Shown in pieces: positions 35,040-44,591 of a stretch of DNA of 44,893 nucleotides. The notes under the pieces were generated by a model that made no database searches, had not been told where the DNA came from, and was given only the letters and a program-made list of their open reading frames with translations. Position 1 is the stretch's first letter; each line of letters begins with the position of its first letter. The stretch comes from a virus (lineage: Duplodnaviria; Caudoviricetes): IMG/VR virus record IMGVR_UViG_3300022183_000013, positions 1-44,893 of that record; one strand, 5' to 3'. Made by a program: the position numbers and the translations under genes.

Positions 35040-36578
35040 ATGGCTGTCCCCTCCGGAACGACTACCACGTTCGACCTCACGGGCGTTCGTGAAGACCTGA
35101 GTAACTTGATATTTAACATCTCACCAACGGAAACTCCCGCAGTGAGTAACATGAAGAAGGGCACCGCAACCAACACCTACCATGAGTAAATAGCTTGCTC
35201 ATGTAAAATCTGGCTATATGCTGGGAAGCCCTTAGAGCCCGTGAGCCTAAACAGTAGTTGGAAACGACAAGCTGCATGGTTTGAACAGTCACGGGATTGG
35301 GTAATCAGCAGGGAAGGCCGCTAAATCTTCGGACAAGCGGAACCCTCAGAGGCTAATACGCCAGACGCGCCACTTGTGGCGTGATGATAGAGTCCGACCT
35401 TGCGGGAAACCGCAAGAGGTGCCGAAGTGAAGTAGGCGCCCGCCACGAAAGTGGTCAGTAGAGGCCGGGAGTCCTCGAAAGTAACAGATTGGGCAAACCG
35501 ACTCCCTCGCCGCCGCCGCGTCGAATTCTCATCTCGACGGCGACGATTCGAGCCCGAATACCATTCAGGCGACTTCGCGCCTTGGCAATTATACGCAAAT
35601 CCTGAAGAAGACCGTCCAGGTTTCCGGCACTTCCGACGCCGTGACCAAGTCCGGTCGAGCGAAGGAAATCGCGTATCAGTTGTCTAAGAGATCGAAGGAG
35701 CTGAAGCGCGATCTTGAGCTTTCGGTGACGCAGAACAGTGCCGCGGTTGCCGGCAGTTCCGCGACGGCTCGCGCCATGGCCGGCATGGAAACGTGGATCG
35801 CGTCCAACAAGGACAATTATACCGACGGCACCACGCCGGTAACGTCCTCGGGCGCTGCCACCACGGCTCCGACCGACGGCACCACCGTTCGGACCTTGAC
35901 CGAGGCTCAACTGAAGACCGTTCTTGCTTCGGCTTGGGACTCGGGCGGCGATCCGTCGACCTTCATGGTGGGCTCGTTCAACAAGCAGCAGGCTTCGACC
36001 TTCTCCGGCATCGCGACGTTGTATCGCGATACCGCGCCGAAGGTTGGCCAGACGCAGATCATCGGCGCCGCCGATGTCTATGTGTTAAATTCCGGCACCC
36101 TCGCGGCGTAACCCGCGAGTGCAAACCAGGTGAATTGCTGGGACACCCTAACGAGTGATGTCGAGGGCAATCAGCAGCCAAGCCCCGGTGGGGAAGGTTC
36201 AACGACCATCCGCGAGGAGTAGGGCCAAGTGGTCCGAAGCGCCTGGCGCCCGAACCCGGTTGGGAGGGCGATGATATGGTCTCATCTGCATGGAGACATG
36301 CAGCCGCGAAAGCGGGCACGGCTTAACGCCCCGTGTCGAAGATAAATACGGATTTCGGTCAGCTTGCGATCGTCCCCAACCGCTTCATGCGCGGTCGGAC
36401 GGGCTTGGTGGTCGATTGGGATTACTGGAAGTTGTGCCCGCTGTCTGGGCGTTCGTTCAAGCAGGAGCGCTTGGCGAAGACCGGTGATTCCGAGAAGCGC
36501 CACATTCTAGGGGAATATACCCTTGAATGCTGCAACGAGGCCGCAAGCGGTAAGATCGCGGACCTCGCCGTAGCTTAG
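35040..36578 (+). CDS. Major capsid protein (DUF5309/SU10-like), spliced: join(35040..35187,35492..36085,36349..36578), 323 aa
   Basis: Exon 1 MAVP...VREDLSNLIFNISPTETP...YHE; splicing restores HEW|QTDSL and ADVYVS|DFGQLAIVPNRF; exons total 972 nt in frame. Confidence 0.88.
35188..35491 (+). ncRNA. Group I intron 1 in the major capsid gene (304 nt, no ORF)
   Basis: 5' exon ends in U paired to G in P1 (CATGAGT/GCTCATG); P/Q/R/S-like motifs TATGCTGGGAA, AATCAGCAGG, TCAGAGGCTA, GATAGAGTCC; terminal G at 35491. Confidence 0.9.
36086..36348 (+). ncRNA. Group I intron 2 in the major capsid gene (263 nt, no ORF, apparent terminal A)
   Basis: Motifs AATTGCTGGGA, AATCAGCAGCC, TCAACGACCA, GATATGGTC (P7 GACCA/TGGTC); internal guide TCCGGCAC complementary to the ligated junction GTGT|CGGA. 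Confidence 0.85.
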
Positions 36579-36609
36579 GGGTACACCCTACGGCTTGACG
36601 AAAGTCATT

Positions 36610-36654
36610 ACCTCCGGCACCATTGGAGTATCGAAATCGGTGCCGGAGGTTTTT
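36610..36654 (+). terminator. 12-bp hairpin plus T run after the capsid gene, containing the RBS of the HNH gene
   Basis: ACCTCCGGCACC (36610-36621) pairs with GGTGCCGGAGGT (36639-36650), then TTTT and ATG. Confidence 0.75.
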
Positions 36655-37269
36655 ATGGATAAGAGTTGTTTGGAAGAATTTTGTGATGGCCGCGCGGTGG
36701 TTCGTGGGCTTTGCTCGCGGCATTACCGCCGCCTTCAACGAGGTGGGCGCTTGGATGAGGCCCCGCCAACAGCCGGCGTGCGGAACTTGGCGGCGGGCGT
36801 TGATCTATCGCATATCAAAAAGCCGTTGGCCGAACGGTTTTGGGCCAAGGTGGATGTTCGAGGGCCGGGCGAGTGTTGGGCGTTCACCGGCAGTCCTGGG
36901 ATGCATGGATACGGGGTAATTCGTGACAAGAACAAACAGCGACGAGCGCACCGCGTATCATATGAATTGTCGAAGGGAGAAATCCCGGAAGGGATGGTGG
37001 TTTGTCATTCCTGCGATAACCCGCCTTGTGTGAACCCGAACCATTTGTTTCTGGGGACAGTTCAAGCGAACAACAGAGACATGGATAGAAAGGGGCGCCG
37101 AAATGTGGCCCGAGGCAGTGACAGGCGTGGGTCAAAGCTGACGGACGACTTGGTGCGTGAGATTCGAGCAAGCCATGAATCCAACAGAGAGTTGGCCGCG
37201 CGTTTCGATCTTCATATGAACACAATATACAATGTTCGCATTCGTAGAACGTGGCGGCACGTCGCTTAG
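36655..37269 (+). CDS. Free-standing HNH homing endonuclease
   Basis: CxxxxC...GLCSRHY N-terminus, RFWAKVD...CW, RAHRVSY, VCHSCDNPPCVNPNHL...N..DM, C-terminal HTH. Confidence 0.92.
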   Translation: MDKSCLEEFCDGRAVVRGLCSRHYRRLQRGGRLDEAPPTAGVRNLAAGVDLSHIKKPLAERFWAKVDVRGPGECWAFTGSPGMHGYGVIRDKNKQRRAHRVSYELSKGEIPEGMVVCHSCDNPPCVNPNHLFLGTVQANNRDMDRKGRRNVARGSDRRGSKLTDDLVREIRASHESNRELAARFDLHMNTIYNVRIRRTWRHVA

Positions 37270-37292
37270 CTTCATCTAAATTTTGTGAATGG

Positions 37293-37321
37293 GCGGGGGG
37301 CTTCGGCCCCCCGTTTCCTTT
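37293..37321 (+). terminator. Intrinsic terminator-like hairpin
   Basis: CGGGGGGC-TTCG-GCCCCCCG followed by TTTCCTTT. Confidence 0.65.
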
Positions 37322-37330
37322 GGAGAAATC

Positions 37331-37666
37331 ATGACCGACAAACGCTTGATTGATATCGATCCGTTGACCGGGATTCAGACGTGGTACGTCAATGAATCCA
37401 CCGACGGGGAGCAATTCCAGGTCCACGAAGTCCAGGACGTGGCCGGCATTCTAGAGGCTAACAAATACCAGGCCAACGAGGATCACGGCGGATGGAGTGA
37501 AAGCCGAGATTTTCGCAAGGTCGGCACCATCCCTCTCACGATTATCCAGCAATGGAAAACCGAGAAGGGCATCGACGTTTTCAACAAGGACCATTGGCCG
37601 GCGGTCAAGCGGCTGCTGAACGATTCCGATTGGCGGCATTTGCGGAGCGCCCATTGGAACGTATGA
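37331..37666 (+). CDS. Conserved phage protein downstream of the capsid gene
   Basis: QDVAGILEANK...KVGTIP...KRLLNDSDWRHLR; GGAG RBS. Confidence 0.75.
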   Translation: MTDKRLIDIDPLTGIQTWYVNESTDGEQFQVHEVQDVAGILEANKYQANEDHGGWSESRDFRKVGTIPLTIIQQWKTEKGIDVFNKDHWPAVKRLLNDSDWRHLRSAHWNV

Positions 37667-38997
37667 TCCAAGCGCGCCAGTTGGTCGAGGCGGGTGACCC
37701 GACCGGCGCGTTGAGCCTCTATGAGAGTTATCTGAACGATCACCCCAATGACGCCGAATGCCTGTATTGCATGGGGGCGGCGCTGTTCGACCACGGCAAC
37801 CTCGGCGTTGCGTTTCAAATGTTCCAGCAATCGATGCGGATCGCGCCTGAAAAGGCGGCGCCGCACAATGGGATTGGCCGATGCCTCTATGCCTGGCATC
37901 AGCACGAGCAAGCGGCTGAATTCTACGCCAAGGCTCTTGAACGAGACCCGGATTACAAATTCGCGCTATCGAACATGGGCACCGTTCTTCACTCGATGGG
38001 GCGGCATGACGAGGCGCTGGAATTTTACCACCGCGCCATTGAGATCGACCCGAATTCCCCCGACACGCTCGGCAATCTGGGCATGGTCTACATGACCAAG
38101 GGGGATTGGGAAAACGGCTGGCGCTGCATGCATTCCCATGTGGGGCAGCCCGAGCGTCCCGAGCGGTTTTTCGGCGACGCGGAGATGTGGATCGACGGCG
38201 GCTTCGACCGGCTAGTTGTCTATGGCGAGCAAGGCGTTGGGGATGAGGTTTATTTTGCCGCCCTGCTACATGAATTGGAGGGGCGCGATGTCGTTCTGGA
38301 AACCAACCCAAAGCTAGCTGGGTTGTTTCAAAGATCGTTCCCATGGCTGAAGGTTCGCGGCACTCGATATCAGGCTGATAAGCCCTGGCTGGCGGATTTC
38401 AGCCCGACGCATAAGATCCCGATTGCGTCCTTGCCGATGCATTTCTGGGACAAGCCGGACGATTGCCCGCGCAAGCCGTATCTGACCGCATGCCCCGAGC
38501 GGCGGAAGATGGCGCGGGCGCTTTTGGATGATTTGCCGGGGCGGAAAATCGGGCTGGCCTGGACAGGCGGCTTTGCGAAGGGCGCCGGATACGAGAGGCA
38601 GGTTGATGCTCAGTGGCTATTGGAGAAATTGGGGGTGTCCCCGTTCACAGACGGGCCGGACGTTACGTTCATCTCTCTCCAGTACAAAGAGCCACCCCTC
38701 GTTCCTGGGATTATCCATTGGCCGTTTATGGTCGAAACGCCGGACTATGACGACACGGCGGCGCTAGTCGCGGAATTGGACGCGGTGATTTCGGTTCCAA
38801 CCTCGGTGATTAACCTTGCCGGCGCGCTCGGCACGCCGACGTGGGTTTTGCTGCCGAAGACCTACCACCATTGGCGCTATGGAATAAACGAGGCCACGCA
38901 CCCCTGGTTTGGCTGCGTGAACGTCGTTCATGAGCCGTGGGATTTGAAATCGGTATTGGAGGCGACGGATGGCACTCGCGAATTACGGGCAGCTTAA
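37663..38997 (+). CDS. TPR-repeat glycosyltransferase (GT9-like/GT-B C-terminus)
   Basis: N-terminal TPRs; EQGVGDE, KIGLAW.G, FISLQY, LDAVISVPTSVINLAGALG.PTWVL, WRY...PWF. Confidence 0.85.
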   Translation: MIQARQLVEAGDPTGALSLYESYLNDHPNDAECLYCMGAALFDHGNLGVAFQMFQQSMRIAPEKAAPHNGIGRCLYAWHQHEQAAEFYAKALERDPDYKFALSNMGTVLHSMGRHDEALEFYHRAIEIDPNSPDTLGNLGMVYMTKGDWENGWRCMHSHVGQPERPERFFGDAEMWIDGGFDRLVVYGEQGVGDEVYFAALLHELEGRDVVLETNPKLAGLFQRSFPWLKVRGTRYQADKPWLADFSPTHKIPIASLPMHFWDKPDDCPRKPYLTACPERRKMARALLDDLPGRKIGLAWTGGFAKGAGYERQVDAQWLLEKLGVSPFTDGPDVTFISLQYKEPPLVPGIIHWPFMVETPDYDDTAALVAELDAVISVPTSVINLAGALGTPTWVLLPKTYHHWRYGINEATHPWFGCVNVVHEPWDLKSVLEATDGTRELRAA

Positions 38998-39604
38998 AAC
39001 GTCGATTGGCGCTGAATTGGCGCGAGATGGCGATACGGATTTCACGGCCAAGGTGCCGGATTTTGTCCGATTGTTCGAGGTCAATATCCAGCGGGATCTT
39101 CTGCATCGCCGGCAACAAACGAGCGAGACAATCGCGCTCGCGGCGAGCGGGACCAGTCTCACGCTGCCCACCGATTTCTTGAGCGCCGAGGCGGTGATAT
39201 TGCAATCGACACCGCTCAAGGCGCTGGTGAGCAAGACGATCTACGACTTGTTCCAGGAATATCCAAATACAACGACGGCCCAGCCGGTGGCCTATGCGAT
39301 CCAGGGCGGGAATATGCTCATTCGCCCGCCGTCCGATGCCGCCTATAACGTCGAATTACACTATTACCAGGCGCTAACCGTTTTGGCGGACGACGCGGAC
39401 ACGAATTGGCTTCTGACCAATTATCCGGATGTCTACCTCTACGGCTCCCTGGTGCATTCCGCGCCGTATCTTGAAGATGACGCGCGGCTCCAAGTGTGGA
39501 TTGGCCTCTATGACAGGGCGGTGGGGGCGTTGAAAGGTGAAAGCGCGCGGGCGATCTACAGTGGTTCGCCAATCAAGACTCAGCTTGACGTGGTGGTCGT
39601 ATGA
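38969..39604 (+). CDS. Head-tail adaptor protein
   Basis: MALANYGQLKTSI...LPTDFL...TNWLLTNYPDVYLYGSL. Confidence 0.8.
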   Translation: MALANYGQLKTSIGAELARDGDTDFTAKVPDFVRLFEVNIQRDLLHRRQQTSETIALAASGTSLTLPTDFLSAEAVILQSTPLKALVSKTIYDLFQEYPNTTTAQPVAYAIQGGNMLIRPPSDAAYNVELHYYQALTVLADDADTNWLLTNYPDVYLYGSLVHSAPYLEDDARLQVWIGLYDRAVGALKGESARAIYSGSPIKTQLDVVVV

Positions 39605-39870
39605 TCCCGGCCCCGACTGGTAAGGCCTGGGAGCAATGGGCGTGGTCCGTGATCCAGGTTCTCACCCCCAAGCTTCAGAACCTTGAAAACAGCAAATTCT
39701 CGCTAGGCCAGATTCCGAAAGTCGCGGCCTACACAGTGGCGACGCTTCCGAGCGCGACGACGCATTTCAATAGCGTGGTCATCGTGACGGATGAGGCCGG
39801 CGGTCGGACGCTCGCCACGAGCGACGGGACGAACTGGAAGCGCGTTAGCGACGGAGCGACTGTATCATGA
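39601..39870 (+). CDS. Small virion protein
   Basis: YTVATLPSA...SDGTNWKRVSDG. Confidence 0.7.
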   Translation: MIPAPTGKAWEQWAWSVIQVLTPKLQNLENSKFSLGQIPKVAAYTVATLPSATTHFNSVVIVTDEAGGRTLATSDGTNWKRVSDGATVS

Positions 39871-40619
39871 GCACATCGGCATCGAATTATGGTGGTTATC
39901 CCGTACAGGACGCGGGGGACAACCTGAACACATGGGGCACCGACACCACGGCGGGGCTAAACAACGCCATCCAGCAGATGTCCGAGGGCATTCACGGCGT
40001 CGTTACCCATACGGTGACCGGGGACATGGCCCTCACGTCATCAAACTATGTGAGCCAGCAGAACCGCCAGCCGGGCCATATCCTCGCGGGTTCCCCGTCC
40101 GCCGCGTTTACGGTGACGTTGGCGAGCGTCAAAAGCCGGTTTTTGTTTCACAATAAATCGGGGCAAACCGCGACGATTAAGACTTCCGGCGGGTCCGAGA
40201 CGGTCACTCTCGCGACGGGGCAGGGCGTCAGCATCGTTTGCGACGGGACTGATTGTTACGCCACCGGCCCGATTAATCTTGATGACCTGGGCGCGCCAAC
40301 GTCATCCGTTTCAATGGGGTCGCAAAAAATCACAGCGCTTGCCACGGGGACGGCAACAACGGACGGCGTGAATGTCGGGCAGATGAACACGGCCATCGCA
40401 TCGTCCGCGATTCCAGCGGCGTCCGGCGCGGTTCTGGTGAGCGCGAACGATACGACAGCTCGGTATCTGAACGGCGCTCTAGTGGCTGGTTCTGGCGTCA
40501 CGTTGACCGAAAACAATGACGGCGCGGACGAAACGCTGACCGTGGCGGCGGATACCGCCGTGGTATCCCCTGTCTCGAATCTCAATCTTAACCACGCGAT
40601 GGCGATGGGAGTGATGTAA
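39867..40619 (+). CDS. Tail/fibre-associated structural protein
   Basis: G.N.NTWG N-terminus, VCDGTDC, T/A/S-rich. Confidence 0.7.
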   Translation: MSTSASNYGGYPVQDAGDNLNTWGTDTTAGLNNAIQQMSEGIHGVVTHTVTGDMALTSSNYVSQQNRQPGHILAGSPSAAFTVTLASVKSRFLFHNKSGQTATIKTSGGSETVTLATGQGVSIVCDGTDCYATGPINLDDLGAPTSSVSMGSQKITALATGTATTDGVNVGQMNTAIASSAIPAASGAVLVSANDTTARYLNGALVAGSGVTLTENNDGADETLTVAADTAVVSPVSNLNLNHAMAMGVM

Positions 40620-41059
40620 TGGCCGCACCAACGATTTCCGGCTCAACGACGGTCAAGGAATACGGGTTTTCCGTTGCCTTTTCGTCCGCGACCACGAACC
40701 GCAACTTTCTTTCCAACACGGCGAGCAGCGGCAAACTTGTCCGGCTCGTTTCCCTGGTGGCCGTGAATAACGACGCAAGCGCGGCGGCGGTTACGGCGCA
40801 GTGCAAGCGGTACAACCAAGACGGCGCGGGCATTAACTCCGATGTCGGAGACAGCCAAGTGGCTTACGGCTCGGACACCGTTGCTGGATCATCGCTAGGT
40901 GACGTTATCCCCCTCAACGTCTCCATCGCTGCCGGCAAGGCGGTTGTGCTTGTGGACCGCAACTCGCCGATCGACGTGATGGAGGACCAATCTTTGATTG
41001 GTCAGGCGTCGGCGGCGGACGATTTGACGCTTAACGGCATCTATCAGGTGATCGGCTAA
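40619..41059 (+). CDS. Virion structural protein (hypothetical)
   Basis: MAAPTI...; coupled in the tail operon. Confidence 0.7.
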   Translation: MAAPTISGSTTVKEYGFSVAFSSATTNRNFLSNTASSGKLVRLVSLVAVNNDASAAAVTAQCKRYNQDGAGINSDVGDSQVAYGSDTVAGSSLGDVIPLNVSIAAGKAVVLVDRNSPIDVMEDQSLIGQASAADDLTLNGIYQVIG

Positions 41060-41931
41060 TGCGTAATCCCCTCATTGGCGGAGCGCTTCCCGACTGCCCG
41101 ATCCAGCATGTCGCGGATGGGGTAGCGGCGGCTACCGATGCTGCCACGACGTTCCTGGCGACCCTTGGTGATACCGCCAATCTCGAAGCCGCTTGGTTGC
41201 CGGGGTATGAGCTTTCGTATCAAACGGCAAGTGGGCGCTTATACGGGAATGCCGTCGTTGCGCCCGCGTCCGGCGTGCGCGCAAACTATTACGACATGAT
41301 TTTGGCGGATGTGCTCGGGGATACGAATCCGGCGGCATTTAATGGCACGCCAGGTGGCGCTTCGTCATCGGAATATATCAGCTTTGACGGCAGCTCGATT
41401 ATCCGAAGCGTCGCCGCGCCCTCGACATTCATCAAAAGTTTAGCCAAGGACAGCGCCAACTTCTCACTTATGATTGCCTACTATCATGCGACCGGTGGCA
41501 GTGCATCTCAACACCTGTTTGGCACGCAGAACTCCAGTGCACGACAAGGGATTCAAATTCGTATCAACGATACCGGTTGGAACACCCCGGAGTTCTTCTC
41601 TTGGAATAATTCCGGCATCGCCGTCTCTGCTACCCATAGCGGCGGTGCCCTTGCCGCAGGATGGCATATTATCGGAGTTTCCGTCGATGAGGCGGCGACG
41701 ACGGGGCATTTCATCGTTGACGGAACGGTTGATAGTTTCACGTCAACGTACTCGACGCCGACAACGTCGGACCCGGCCATGATATCAATCGGTGGCGTGG
41801 ATGGGTCGGCGGCAACGTTACCGCTCAACAGCGGAACGCGCGTTGGTGACATCATCATGTGGAACACGGCAATCGGGTCGTCCGGCTTGACGACCGCGAG
41901 CGGCGTCCTTGAATCCAAATACGGGGTCTGA
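41059..41931 (+). CDS. LamG/concanavalin-A-like domain virion protein
   Basis: YISFDG...GWHIIGVSVD...FIVDG...GDIIMWN. Confidence 0.7.
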   Translation: MRNPLIGGALPDCPIQHVADGVAAATDAATTFLATLGDTANLEAAWLPGYELSYQTASGRLYGNAVVAPASGVRANYYDMILADVLGDTNPAAFNGTPGGASSSEYISFDGSSIIRSVAAPSTFIKSLAKDSANFSLMIAYYHATGGSASQHLFGTQNSSARQGIQIRINDTGWNTPEFFSWNNSGIAVSATHSGGALAAGWHIIGVSVDEAATTGHFIVDGTVDSFTSTYSTPTTSDPAMISIGGVDGSAATLPLNSGTRVGDIIMWNTAIGSSGLTTASGVLESKYGV

Positions 41932-41932
41932 G

Positions 41933-42529
41933 ATGACTTTATATTCCTTTAATGGCGCGGTTCCGGCCCCACTCCCCAAATCGCACCTTGCGGCGGATGG
42001 CACCAACTACACGGCCCTCAATGAGTTGTCCGATGCCAAACTGGCCACGCTGGGCTATGTCGCGGCCACAGGCGCGCCGGCATTCAATCCGAACACGCAC
42101 AAGCAGTCTTGGGACGGGGCGGCATGGGCAACGGCAACCTTGACGACGGAAGAGACGGCGGCGCGGGTGGCGAGCGTCCGCGTCAAAAAACTAGACGCCC
42201 TCCGCGCCGAGTATCGCCGCCGATCTCAAGCGGGCATAACCTTCAACAGTATTCCCATTGCCACAACGCCGGACGCCGTCGCAGAGATCAAAGAACTGAA
42301 AGACGCTTACGCGGATGGGAGTTTGACCGGCACGAACAAGGTGACCACGCGCTCCGGCAAAGTGATTTCCATGACATCAGCGCTGGCGACCGCTCTATAC
42401 CAACAGGCGGTCGCGCATAAGGCGGCACATCAGGCGGCTGAAAGCGCGCACGCCGAATATATCAACGACCCCGCCCGAACGGCTCAAGAAATAGCCGATC
42501 GGGACATCACCACCGGATGGCCGTCGTAA
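41933..42529 (+). CDS. DUF4376-like tail fibre assembly protein
   Basis: LATLGY...FNPNTHKQSWDG...GITFN.IPIAT...DITTGW. Confidence 0.65.
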   Translation: MTLYSFNGAVPAPLPKSHLAADGTNYTALNELSDAKLATLGYVAATGAPAFNPNTHKQSWDGAAWATATLTTEETAARVASVRVKKLDALRAEYRRRSQAGITFNSIPIATTPDAVAEIKELKDAYADGSLTGTNKVTTRSGKVISMTSALATALYQQAVAHKAAHQAAESAHAEYINDPARTAQEIADRDITTGWPS

Positions 42530-42530
42530 C

Positions 42531-44591
42531 ATGGCGAACTTCGCCCCCCGCCTCCGTCCTGGTGTCGTTAAGGACAACTCGGAATTGTCATCCGAGGGGG
42601 CCTATACCGATGCGGACAAGGTTCGATTCCGCGTCGTGAACGGGGAGGGCCTGCCACAAATCATCGGCGGGCAGGAAAAGGCGACGCTCGACACGGTTGC
42701 CGGGAAAGCGCGCGCGACCCATGCATGGGAAGACAACGCCGGGCAGAAACTTGTCGGCATTGGCACGCATAAAAAGCTCTATGTCTACCATGACGCCAGG
42801 ATATGGGATGTCACCCCATCTCGGGCGAGCGGAGAGTTTACCAGCGGCATGGCGACCGTCGGCGGGTCAACCACTGTCACGGTCACGCACACGGCGCATG
42901 GGGTGACGGTTGGCGACGCGGCGTATTTGCAGTGCGCGGCGACGGTTGGCGGGTTGTCGATCGGCGCTTCTGGAACGCTTGGTTCGGGGCTTCTCGAAAC
43001 CATCCAGAATTCCAAATTTATGATTATCAATCACACGGCGCACGGTCTGATCCGAGGGGAATACGCGACCCTCGGAAGTTCGGCGGCGGTTGGCGGCGTT
43101 GGAACGGGGGATATTGATAAAACCCACCGGGTCTATGTTCTTAACGATGACTCGTATCTGATCCACGTCGACACCGTGGCCACGAGTTCCGCCACGGGCG
43201 GCGGGACACCAACGTACACCTACTATCACGAGCACCCGGTTGAATCTGTCACGGACGCGGACACCTATGCTTTCACCGCTCGATCGGCGGCGGATGCGAC
43301 GGCATCGGCTGCGGGAGGGGTGTCGAAATACTTCTATGAAGAGAACATTGGGCGCGAATTTGGCGTTACTCAGGCGGGGTATGGCACGGGGACTTATTCG
43401 TCAGGCTATTACTCCCGGTCATCCACCGAAAGCGACCTGCGGGCGCGGGTGTGGCATCTCTCGAATTATGGTCAAAACATGGTGGCCAACTATCGGGAGT
43501 CCCCGCTTTATCGTTGGGCCAACAATCTGAGCCAGAACGCGGCGGCGCTCTCGGCAACGGACGCCCCGGCGCAGTCCCTAAGCCACTTCATGACGCCCGA
43601 GCGGTTCCTGGTGGCCCTGGGGACAGAGGATGCGGCAACGTCGACACGGGACCCGATGCTCGCCGCCTGGGCGCTGCAAGAGGGCGGATTTACCAACGGT
43701 GACTGGACCCCGGCGGCGACGAACACGGCGGGCGATTTTAAGCTTGCCGAGGGCTCGCGCATTGTTGGCGGCATGGCGATGCCGTTCGTGAACGTGATCT
43801 GGACTGACACCGCGATGTATCAAATGCGGTATTTGCAAGACACCACCTTTGTTTTTGGCTTCGACCTCGCGGGCACCGGATGCGGTCTGATTGGCTCTAA
43901 CGCGGCGGTCAGGGTCGGGGATACCGGCGCGGTATATTGGCTCTCCACCAGTCGGAAATTCTTTGTCTGGCAGGGCGGCGCGCCGCAAGAGGTTCAATGT
44001 CCTGTGCGCGAGTGGTTCTTTGACCGGCTCGCGAATGTCCAAGAGGAATTGATTTTTGGCGGTGTCAACGGACGCTGGAATGAAATTTGGTGGTTTTATC
44101 CGGGGGCGTCGAACGAGTGCGATTCCTACCTGATTTACAACTACAAGGAAAACCATTGGTCCATCGGCACCTATGACATCTCCGCCTGGGTTGATCGCGG
44201 CGTTCTTCAGTATCCGATGGGCATCCACACCGACGGCTCGGTCTATCTTCAGGAACGCGGGGATACCGACGGCGGCGACGCGATCACCTGGCACGTCGAG
44301 AGCGGTTATATCGATCTCGGTGATGGCGACAACCTCATGATGGTGCGGCGGGTCACGCCTGATTTCGCGGATCTTGTCGGCGGGGCAACCGTCACCATGA
44401 CCGGGAAAATGTGGCCCCAAGGAACGGAGAGCGAGAAATCCTTTGGGACGCTTGGCTCAACCACAAAATACCTCGCGGCGCGGATCAAGGCGCGGCAGGT
44501 GAAGATCAGATATTCCGGATCTTCTGCTCCCGCGTCGGGACGGCTGGGCCGGATGACTTTTGATGTTCAACCGTCTGGTGAGAAGCGGTGA
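42531..44591 (+). CDS. Tail tubular / packaged-DNA stabilization protein (P22 gp10-like position)
   Basis: RPGVVKD..YTDADKVRFR...IWTDTAMY...NEIWWFYP...YNYKENHWSIG. Confidence 0.75.
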   Translation: MANFAPRLRPGVVKDNSELSSEGAYTDADKVRFRVVNGEGLPQIIGGQEKATLDTVAGKARATHAWEDNAGQKLVGIGTHKKLYVYHDARIWDVTPSRASGEFTSGMATVGGSTTVTVTHTAHGVTVGDAAYLQCAATVGGLSIGASGTLGSGLLETIQNSKFMIINHTAHGLIRGEYATLGSSAAVGGVGTGDIDKTHRVYVLNDDSYLIHVDTVATSSATGGGTPTYTYYHEHPVESVTDADTYAFTARSAADATASAAGGVSKYFYEENIGREFGVTQAGYGTGTYSSGYYSRSSTESDLRARVWHLSNYGQNMVANYRESPLYRWANNLSQNAAALSATDAPAQSLSHFMTPERFLVALGTEDAATSTRDPMLAAWALQEGGFTNGDWTPAATNTAGDFKLAEGSRIVGGMAMPFVNVIWTDTAMYQMRYLQDTTFVFGFDLAGTGCGLIGSNAAVRVGDTGAVYWLSTSRKFFVWQGGAPQEVQCPVREWFFDRLANVQEELIFGGVNGRWNEIWWFYPGASNECDSYLIYNYKENHWSIGTYDISAWVDRGVLQYPMGIHTDGSVYLQERGDTDGGDAITWHVESGYIDLGDGDNLMMVRRVTPDFADLVGGATVTMTGKMWPQGTESEKSFGTLGSTTKYLAARIKARQVKIRYSGSSAPASGRLGRMTFDVQPSGEKR

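Noticed and set aside
35451-36578. ORF-track calls 35451-35687, 35641-36111 and 36333-36578 as separate genes, or as a capsid pseudogene
   Set aside because: 35641-36111 and 36333-36578 are parts of exons 2 and 3, and 35451-35687 is an off-frame overlap; intron removal gives one intact frame
36091-36621. TCCGGCACC shared by the intron 2 guide sequence and the hairpin before the HNH gene
   Set aside because: A 9-nt GC-rich match can arise by chance; no further complementarity seen
29959-42529. Diversity-generating retroelement acting on fibre genes
   Set aside because: No reverse transcriptase and no template/variable repeat pair seen in the window
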